From assembly GCF_000020385.1 (NCBI RefSeq), contig NC_010814.1, forward strand, positions 3,630,001-3,662,000: a stretch of 32,000 nucleotides of DNA, in the 5' to 3' direction. Each line of letters starts with the position of its first letter. Within the stretch, counting starts at the first letter, position 1. This document shows, piece by piece, positions 1 to 6,343 of the stretch. The notes beneath the pieces were generated by a model. It saw nothing but the letters and a program-made list of their open reading frames with translations, made no database searches and was not told the DNA's origin. Position numbers and translations under genes: made by a program. The DNA comes from Trichlorobacter lovleyi SZ (lineage in GTDB: Bacteria > Desulfobacterota > Desulfuromonadia > Geobacterales > Pseudopelobacteraceae).

Positions 1-380
1 TGTACTACAAGGATAGCCTTTGTTCTTGGGCCTATCTTTGCCTCTATCTGACCTGCATCCATCTGCCAGTTGTGCGGCTCACTGTCCACAAGCACAGGAA
101 CACCACCTGCGCGTACTATCGACTGGGCAGGAGAGATAATGGTGAAGGTTGGCATAATAACTTCATCGCCCGGCTGAAGATTGAGCAGTCCAACCGCCAG
201 ATCCAGCGCAACAGAACCATTACTGACGGCGATACCAAACGGCATGCCACAATAAGCAGCCCAGCGCTGTTCAAACAGATCCAGATACATGCCCGCCGAT
301 GATATCCAGCCTGACTTCAGTGCATCATTTACCAGGGCAATGTCACGTTCCGTTATACACGGTTCAGAAACTGGAAGCAT
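1..380 (-). CDS. DegT/DnrJ/EryC1/StrS-family PLP-dependent sugar aminotransferase, N-terminal 126 codons (gene continues past the left edge)
   Basis: Absent from the ORF track because it is truncated. My own minus-strand translation from ATG 380..378 gives MLPVSEPCITERDIALVNDALKSGWISSAGMYLDLFEQRWAAYCGMPFGIAVSNGSVALDLAVGLLNLQPGDEVIMPTFTIISPAQSIVRAGGVPVLVDSEPHNWQMDAGQIEAKIGPRTKAILVV. This is the typical DegT N-terminus (SNG-AL, GDEVI-P-FT, TKAI). The start overlaps the TGA of the upstream cupin gene by 1 nt (TGATG). Confidence 0.8.
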   Translation of the reverse strand, partial: MLPVSEPCITERDIALVNDALKSGWISSAGMYLDLFEQRWAAYCGMPFGIAVSNGSVALDLAVGLLNLQPGDEVIMPTFTIISPAQSIVRAGGVPVLVDSEPHNWQMDAGQIEAKIGPRTKAILVV

Positions 381-826
381 CAAAAGCGCTCCTTCTCTAC
401 CAAGCCGGTATAGGGCCCCTGCTTCAGTTCAAAAAAAATCGTATCCTCAAGACATTTCAGGCGATGACCGCCAGAGACCAGCAGGATGATATCACCCTCT
501 TCAAGGTTCCAGATCCCAATCAGGCACTTATCCAATCCATACAGTTCCACCTCCGCCCTGCCCTTACGAATAAGCAATGTTTCCGGAGTACCCACCAGAT
601 GGCGTTGCAGCGGTAGATGGGTATGCCGGGCAACCACGCCATCCTTTGGGTAGACCACAAAGCCGGCTTGCTGATAATAGCTGTCCGGGGAGATGAAAGT
701 CGTGGTTTCCGGCATATAATCCTTACGGATAATGGTAGCAATATGCTGGTCGTGCCAGACAACATGCTCCACAAGATGGGATGGAGTGTATTCTTCTGAA
801 ATGATTTGATCAGCTTCTGTTGGCAT
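380..826 (-). CDS. Cupin-fold protein (possibly a sugar ketoisomerase or WbuC-like cupin)
   Basis: 148-aa ORF with a cupin metal motif, GVVARHTHLP...E..LIRKGRAEVEL...GDIILL..G..H. ATG at 826 is preceded by AGAGGA. It overlaps the upstream gene by 17 nt and the downstream DegT start by 1 nt. The precise activity cannot be read from the sequence. Confidence 0.55.
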   Translation of the reverse strand: MPTEADQIISEEYTPSHLVEHVVWHDQHIATIIRKDYMPETTTFISPDSYYQQAGFVVYPKDGVVARHTHLPLQRHLVGTPETLLIRKGRAEVELYGLDKCLIGIWNLEEGDIILLVSGGHRLKCLEDTIFFELKQGPYTGLVEKERF

Positions 827-1985
827 AGGTTCCTCTATATGGGGTCCACATGGTATACAACCTGTCTTGAGGTCGCAGACGATCTAAAACCTTCTGGAGC
901 ATTTTTTGCCGATGATAGCGGTACATTGCACAAATGATATAGATACATGTGTTCTTTGGCGTGAAGGTGTCCCACGCTTGCACCTTGATGCCGTTAATCA
1001 GAGACTGATGTTTATGGGGGTAATCATCAATCAGGGACTTACAGCTTGCTTCCCACTGCCCCTCCCATATTTGTTGCAGAACGCCACTGACCGCAAGAAA
1101 CACATTGCTTGCCCCATAGAAGCAGAGTTCAGCCCCCTGCTCGGTCAATTCCCGCCATTCTTGCTGGCTCAACACGACTTTTTCACTAAAAGCCCGGATT
1201 CTCTCCAGCCTATCCGACCAGCCTGTCCCCATCAGGCAGGTCCCACCTTTTTTTTTCCGGTAAAGAACTGTCAATTGGTATCCGCGATCAATGGCAACCA
1301 GCTGCAATCCCGCCTGTTCTCCCAGTAGTGCCAATGATTTCCCGGAGTAGTGCCCGACATGTTCCATCACCCATGGATCGATCCCTTCATCAAGATCGTT
1401 CTCCAGGTCCGGGACCTCCACCATCAGCAGGCCGTCTTCACGTAGAAAAGTAGCAATATGCTGCAAAAATGCCTGTGGGTAGAGCATGTGTTCCAGAACC
1501 TGCCGGGCAACTAACAAGTCAAAACTGGATGAAAGCTGAATCTGGCGAACATCTCCAAAAATGGTTGGTATCCCCACAAACGGCAAAGGCGAGCTTTCCA
1601 CCCCAAGCAGCTGAAGATCTGGGTAAAATGACTGAAGACCTGCCAGAAAGTCCCCCCTGTTCGAGCCCACCTCAACTACATGGCGAATCTGCGACCAGTC
1701 GCAATGCAGATCAAGAAAAGCCTTGGACATCTCTGCACGTGGATCTACCAGAGGAAATTCGTGTAGATCAGCACTCAGTAGCTGGTAAGCGTCATAGGCG
1801 GGGGCCATCCAGGTCTCGAATTCCCGGGGTTGAGCAAAGGCAGTAGCATTCCAGACAAAATGACAGGCCTCACATCCCTCCATAAAAAGTGGTCGAGTTT
1901 TTTCAGAATACATATGGACACTGCCAAGCTGCAGTTGACGGTCAAATAATGCTACAGCTGCATTTCCACAAATCGGGCAATTCAT
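810..1985 (-). CDS. SAM-dependent methyltransferase with TylCIII-like (NDP-hexose C-methyltransferase) three-part architecture
   Basis: N-terminal Zn-ribbon MNCPICGN...CEACHF; class I SAM motif VVEVGSNRGDFL; DLLVARQVLEHM; GLLMVEVPDL; EHVGHYSGKSLALLGEQAGL; C-terminal Rossmann-like CFYGASNVF. I chose the start at ATG 1985 (MNCPICG), 14 nt after the upstream stop at 2000, not the 2081 ORF extension. The gene contains an A9 run (KKK, 1248..1256). Confidence 0.6.
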   Translation of the reverse strand: MNCPICGNAAVALFDRQLQLGSVHMYSEKTRPLFMEGCEACHFVWNATAFAQPREFETWMAPAYDAYQLLSADLHEFPLVDPRAEMSKAFLDLHCDWSQIRHVVEVGSNRGDFLAGLQSFYPDLQLLGVESSPLPFVGIPTIFGDVRQIQLSSSFDLLVARQVLEHMLYPQAFLQHIATFLREDGLLMVEVPDLENDLDEGIDPWVMEHVGHYSGKSLALLGEQAGLQLVAIDRGYQLTVLYRKKKGGTCLMGTGWSDRLERIRAFSEKVVLSQQEWRELTEQGAELCFYGASNVFLAVSGVLQQIWEGQWEASCKSLIDDYPHKHQSLINGIKVQAWDTFTPKNTCIYIICAMYRYHRQKMLQKVLDRLRPQDRLYTMWTPYRGTYANRS

Positions 1986-1999
1986 AGCTAGTCCTGTTA

Positions 2000-3511
2000 T
2001 CAGACAAACAGTTCTGGATAGGAGTCCAAAAAGCAAGAGGCAATCGGGGTCTGAGCCATAGTAGGATTCCACCGCATCCATGTCTGTTTGAAACGCTCAC
2101 GTAGCAGCCCGATTGCAACACTTTCGGTATGGTCCCCCTGCAACCGGTCCATCATTTCCTGAGTTGCAGCAACAATTTCTTCAGGGGAGTTGTCTTCATA
2201 CTGAATGCCCAACATGCTTTCCTGGTTGCCCCCATTCTCGAAGAAGAGTCCCGTGTCATTGTAACTATGATAGCGCTCAAGAAACTCGGCAAAGGGCAAA
2301 AGTTTACCGGTACGGATATCTCTGATTTTTTTGGGAATATACAGGTCAGCGGATCGAATATTACAGACGTTGACCGTATTTACCATCAGCTCAGGGGTTC
2401 GGAACACATATGCCAAATGACAAAGACCACTGGGAGTACCAAGGAGGAAACGGCACTTTGCCAACAGATAGACATCCAGCAAAGGCTCGCGATAGACAGA
2501 GTTTGAGTAGTCAAAGAAACGCCGGTCCGGGTGGTTTAAAATCTGGCAGGTTCTTTCTCCAATTCGGATAACATATCCCCCTCGATCCAGGATGCAATCA
2601 ATGGCCGGGAGGAATGTTTGAATGTCGGAATTACGAAACCAGTTCGGGCTGCCAGGCGATTCGCCGTAGTAGGCACTGTCGCGGGCAAAGATGCATACAA
2701 ACCAAGCCCCCTCCGGCAAATAGAGCTTGTTTCGAAGGAAATCCTCCCCCGTCTCTTCTTCTTCACGGCTAAAGTGGATTTGGGGTTCATTGATGTCAAG
2801 AACGCTACTCTCTTCATCTCCTGAAACACAATATGCCCCGCCGTTGGTAGAGTGGGTAAATTCCACCAAGTTATCGAAGAGATCAGCATGCCTCCCGAAG
2901 AACTCCTTTGCATACTGCTGATTGAGTGTATAGCGACTCTTTGACCAATCGTAGGAGGTGTAGCACATCAGCTTGGGAAACGCCTGATCACTGAAGACAG
3001 GCAGCTCCCGTGAAATCATCTCCACCAGGGCCGGATTTGCCGACCTACCGCTAAAAAAGACCACTGATTTTCCTGTTCGCTTGGTCACTCCTGACTTATA
3101 AAGAGGAATCAGCTTTAATGCATCGATCGCCAGTCCACCTATAATATCATACTGCAAAGTGTCAACCAGGATCCCGTTTGTTCCATGCAAAGCCTTGAGC
3201 ATACCTGCCAACCGCTCCAGAACTTTACGGCTCTCGTACGATTCCTTCCTGACAGCGCGGACCAAGGCTAAACTTACCTCGGCCATAACATCGCCGACGT
3301 TCGTATCTTTAGTCTCTCGCCACAGATCAGAAAGAACCTGCATGGCAGCAGCCGGATTGTCATTTTCCATTTCCAGACGAACCAACATCAGGCCGGCGCA
3401 AAGATTGCCCGGCGCCCTGGACAATGCAAACGTCAACAGCCGCCGTGCTGTCTGTGCCTGACCTGCCTCCAAAGCCTGCTGGGCAACCTCCGACAGGGCT
3501 TCTGCATTCAT
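2000..3511 (-). CDS. TPR-like N-terminal domain fused to a putative glycosyltransferase domain (resembles the uncharacterised TIGR04372-type family)
   Basis: I chose the start at ATG 3511 (MNAEALSEV), directly abutting the upstream stop at 3508..3510. The first ~130 aa are helical-repeat/TPR-like (ARRLLTFALSRAPGNLCAGLMLVRLEMENDNPAAAMQVL). The C-terminal ~300 aa carry W-VCIFARDSAYY...RNSDI..FLPAID.ILDRGGYVIRIG...LLGTPSGL, which I recall as typical of an uncharacterised putative GT family. This rests on recall and is unverified. Confidence 0.4.
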   Translation of the reverse strand: MNAEALSEVAQQALEAGQAQTARRLLTFALSRAPGNLCAGLMLVRLEMENDNPAAAMQVLSDLWRETKDTNVGDVMAEVSLALVRAVRKESYESRKVLERLAGMLKALHGTNGILVDTLQYDIIGGLAIDALKLIPLYKSGVTKRTGKSVVFFSGRSANPALVEMISRELPVFSDQAFPKLMCYTSYDWSKSRYTLNQQYAKEFFGRHADLFDNLVEFTHSTNGGAYCVSGDEESSVLDINEPQIHFSREEEETGEDFLRNKLYLPEGAWFVCIFARDSAYYGESPGSPNWFRNSDIQTFLPAIDCILDRGGYVIRIGERTCQILNHPDRRFFDYSNSVYREPLLDVYLLAKCRFLLGTPSGLCHLAYVFRTPELMVNTVNVCNIRSADLYIPKKIRDIRTGKLLPFAEFLERYHSYNDTGLFFENGGNQESMLGIQYEDNSPEEIVAATQEMMDRLQGDHTESVAIGLLRERFKQTWMRWNPTMAQTPIASCFLDSYPELFV

Positions 3512-4446
3512 GTCTGCCTCGTACAGGTGAGACAGACTATGGATGCTTGAGCAGGCTCGACCTCCCGGCGGCTCCAATAACGCACTTTGTCAAAATAAAA
3601 CCGTCGGAATTCCGGGATTTCTTTCACTGCTCGCTCTAGCCCCAACTCACCCGCAGCCGGGGCAAAGGGGTCTTTCCAATACATCAGTGCCTTGAGGGCG
3701 GTTTCATCCTCGGAAAGTATGAAACGATGACTTTCAATGGTCAGTCCTGCCTGACTGACAAGTTCATCCCACTCTTCCCAGGTTCGATCCTGATGGATCG
3801 CAAATGCTTCACGAACCCATTCCACATAGCTCGGGTGGAATATCTCCTCGAACTTCTTGATGTAACAATTTGTCTGCAAACTGAGATAGACTTTTCCGCC
3901 TGGCTTAAGAATGCGGGTAATTGTTGCCAGCACATTCTCCACCCGATCTATATGCTCAAGCGAGCAGACTGCGACGACACTTTCAAAAAAATTATCGGGT
4001 AGCGGCAATTCCGCAGTCACGTCTGCCTGCAATACAGAACGATACGCTCCACCGATAAACCCTTTGTCCACAAAACCTTCGATGCTACGTTGATAGGAAC
4101 CAGTTTCCGGAAAAAGATCGACGCCAACATCAATTTTACCCAATATCCTGCTGGTCCAGAAACCATACCCACAGCAAAAGTCTATTGAAGGGCCTTTAAG
4201 CGGCGTTTGGTCGGCAAAATAGGTCATCTCCGCGGCCTTGAGCAGGTCATCCCAAACCAGAAAATCTTTTTCCCCTTCCAGCAGCAGACGTTCGGAAAGC
4301 ACCGCAAAATCGGTCTCCCCAGAAATCGCATCTGACATAGCCGGGGCTTTTGAGCGCAACCAGTCATGAATTTGTTGGCCATCCAGATATCCGCCTACAA
4401 ATTCACTATCAAAGCCTGGCTGCACAAAAAATTTGAATCGAGACAT
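3508..4446 (-). CDS. Class I SAM-dependent methyltransferase
   Basis: Motif I-like DFCCGYGFWTSRILGKIDVGVDL, a post-I acidic residue, and LKPGGKVYLS. I chose the start at ATG 4446 (MSRFKFF), 2 nt after the GT9 stop at 4449. The 4518 extension would overlap the GT9 gene by 70 nt. Confidence 0.65.
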   Translation of the reverse strand: MSRFKFFVQPGFDSEFVGGYLDGQQIHDWLRSKAPAMSDAISGETDFAVLSERLLLEGEKDFLVWDDLLKAAEMTYFADQTPLKGPSIDFCCGYGFWTSRILGKIDVGVDLFPETGSYQRSIEGFVDKGFIGGAYRSVLQADVTAELPLPDNFFESVVAVCSLEHIDRVENVLATITRILKPGGKVYLSLQTNCYIKKFEEIFHPSYVEWVREAFAIHQDRTWEEWDELVSQAGLTIESHRFILSEDETALKALMYWKDPFAPAAGELGLERAVKEIPEFRRFYFDKVRYWSRREVEPAQASIVCLTCTRQT

Positions 4447-4448
4447 TT

Positions 4449-5390
4449 TCACACCCCTGGTTTGAGTTGTCGTTGTAATGCCTCTAGCACCCGATGAACA
4501 GGTATCTCCGCCATGCAATGCCGTTCAAGCAGACATTGGGGCTGTCCGCACGGCATTTGCGGACAGGTTTCTGACCAGATTGTTTCACCTTGGCCATAGA
4601 GGCATACCTCTCTTGGGTCGGTCGGACCAAACAGCCCAACTATCCTTTTACCCAGGGCAAGTGCGAGGTGCAGCCCCAGGCTGTCCTGACTCAGGATCAC
4701 CCGGCACGAAGAGATCCACTCAGTATAGCGATGAAGATTGTCCAGGCCCTGTTGCCACGACACACGCAATCCTGATGATTCCAACGCTTTCGCAACAGCT
4801 AGCCAGTGTTCCTCAGGCATCCGCTTGGTCGGCCATTTGGAGCCGACCATATGGTTCAGGCCCACATCAAAAAGGAGTTCATTATTTGGGTAATAGCCCA
4901 AGACATAAGGCTGCTCCTTCCATTCCAGCCCCAACATCTCGATCAGGTTCTGCTGCCAGGGGCGGCGTTCAGGATCAGGTGTGCTTTTGTCGCGTATATA
5001 TTGCAGAAAACCTTGGCCCTTTTCATAAGCCTGGCAGCTGCCTGTCATGGCATCAAACCGGAACCCGTAACGCGCCCAGGCATCAACCATATCTGCCAGT
5101 GCGCAGACTCCCGGATGTTTTTCCAGATTAATGACGATATCGAACTGCTCCCGCATCAGCTGAAAAGGCACAAAGGCATCCACCACCAACACACGGTCTA
5201 AAAGCGGATTGCCGGAAATGAGCGGGACGGCAGCCTCGTCGACCAGCCAGGTGATTTTCGCCTCCGGGTGCCGCTCCTTGAGTGCCGTCAGCAATGGAGT
5301 CGTTCTGAGAACGTCTCCCAAACTGGTCACCTTGCCGACTTCCGGGTCGAGAGTTTCAGAATGCCCGAGTTTTATCAGCAGAATCTTCAT
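4449..5390 (-). CDS. Glycosyltransferase family 9 (heptosyltransferase-like)
   Basis: MKILLIKLGHS...LGDVLRTTPLLTALKERHPEAKITWLV at the N-terminus and DSLGLHLALALGKRIVGLFGPTDP near the C-terminus are the two GT9 hallmarks. The start shows an ATGA overlap with the upstream radical SAM gene. Confidence 0.75.
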   Translation of the reverse strand: MKILLIKLGHSETLDPEVGKVTSLGDVLRTTPLLTALKERHPEAKITWLVDEAAVPLISGNPLLDRVLVVDAFVPFQLMREQFDIVINLEKHPGVCALADMVDAWARYGFRFDAMTGSCQAYEKGQGFLQYIRDKSTPDPERRPWQQNLIEMLGLEWKEQPYVLGYYPNNELLFDVGLNHMVGSKWPTKRMPEEHWLAVAKALESSGLRVSWQQGLDNLHRYTEWISSCRVILSQDSLGLHLALALGKRIVGLFGPTDPREVCLYGQGETIWSETCPQMPCGQPQCLLERHCMAEIPVHRVLEALQRQLKPGV

Positions 5391-6328
5391 TCACGTTCGC
5401 CTTCGATATCCAGGACATCTACGGTCGTATGGCCGAATTGCTGGAAGCGGTTTGTCTTCACCTTTATATCACAAGGGTTGCAGTCCCCATAAAAGGAACA
5501 GGCACGGAATTCATCAATCGCATCCGCATCCAGATCGGGGTCGAGGATGTGAGCAAAGGGATCTCGGCCCTGGAATAGATCCGCGTGGCACTTGTAGACC
5601 CAGCCGGCAGGGTCGACGATCAGCTCGCTGGTCCGGCAGCGGCACGAGCGAAACGGTTTTCCCAGGACGGCGCCGGGATACTTGAATTCACCATACAGCG
5701 TACCGTTCCATTCTCCCAGGAATTCCTTGGTCCGGAAATCGACCCCCAGCTTCAGACAACGTTCCTGCGTCTCGAGGATGTGGCGGCGAATCTCTTCGTC
5801 AGGGTGAAGGATGCCGTAGATGCCCACCCGAAAGCCAGCTTCGACCAGGCGGAAATAGTTGCCCACCAACTCGTCAATATCGTTCTGGCCCGGATGATAG
5901 CTCACACGGATCGGCGCATAGGGGGCATCACGTAAGAACCGCCAGACCGGCACATTCGCGATAAACGAGTCAACATCAAAGGTCAGATTCGTCATCAAAT
6001 CGCACCTGAGTTCCGGTTTTGCTTCATTGACAAGCCGAACAAAGGAGTTCGACAGTGTCGGCTCCCCTCCCTGCAGAGTCAGTGGCAGGTCAGCCCTCAG
6101 CTCCAACCGGTTGGCAGCCAGAATCCACTCATCAGCGGTCATCTGGCGCTTTAGCATGTTTTTTCTGGAACCGCCATCATGGAGGTTTATACAGTAGTAG
6201 CAGTGCAGGTTACAGGCCATGGTCAGAAAAAAAGCGACGTAATTATGCCGTTCGCCAGGGCGGATGGCCCCGAGCGTACTGTGGGACGAACTATCTGGCC
6301 AGGACAGACTTTCAGAAATCAATGACAT
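5387..6328 (-). CDS. Radical SAM enzyme with C-terminal SPASM/twitch-type auxiliary cluster motif
   Basis: CX3CX2C at FFLTMACNLHCYYC; LTLQGGEPTL (GGE motif). C-terminal CRTSELIVDPAGWVYKC fits CX9-15GX4C, followed by CSFYGDCNPC. ATG 6328 is preceded by AGAGGA. Confidence 0.8.
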   Translation of the reverse strand: MSLISESLSWPDSSSHSTLGAIRPGERHNYVAFFLTMACNLHCYYCINLHDGGSRKNMLKRQMTADEWILAANRLELRADLPLTLQGGEPTLSNSFVRLVNEAKPELRCDLMTNLTFDVDSFIANVPVWRFLRDAPYAPIRVSYHPGQNDIDELVGNYFRLVEAGFRVGIYGILHPDEEIRRHILETQERCLKLGVDFRTKEFLGEWNGTLYGEFKYPGAVLGKPFRSCRCRTSELIVDPAGWVYKCHADLFQGRDPFAHILDPDLDADAIDEFRACSFYGDCNPCDIKVKTNRFQQFGHTTVDVLDIEGERE

Positions 6329-6343
6329 GACACATCCTCTTGC

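Noticed and set aside
421-440. Other A/T homopolymers (T8/A8 at 431..438, 24128..24135; A7 at 26624..26630) as phase-variation switches
   Set aside because: Runs of 7-8 A/T are common at this base composition and encode ordinary Phe/Lys pairs, so there is nothing to distinguish them from background.
3512-3577. Upstream extensions of track ORFs (3577, 4518, 2081, 24633, 13229, 15525, 28884)
   Set aside because: The extensions would overlap the preceding well-supported gene by 40-100 nt. They add residues absent from the conserved family N-termini. In every case an internal ATG sits within a few nt of the upstream stop.
4478-5131. Long plus-strand ORFs antisense to the operon (for example 4478..5131, 5209..5685, 15893..16477, 26464..27009, 31030..31536)
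   Set aside because: Each lies entirely inside a minus-strand gene whose translation carries clear family motifs. Their own translations are low-complexity, Arg/Ser/Pro-rich and motif-free, as expected for shadow ORFs.
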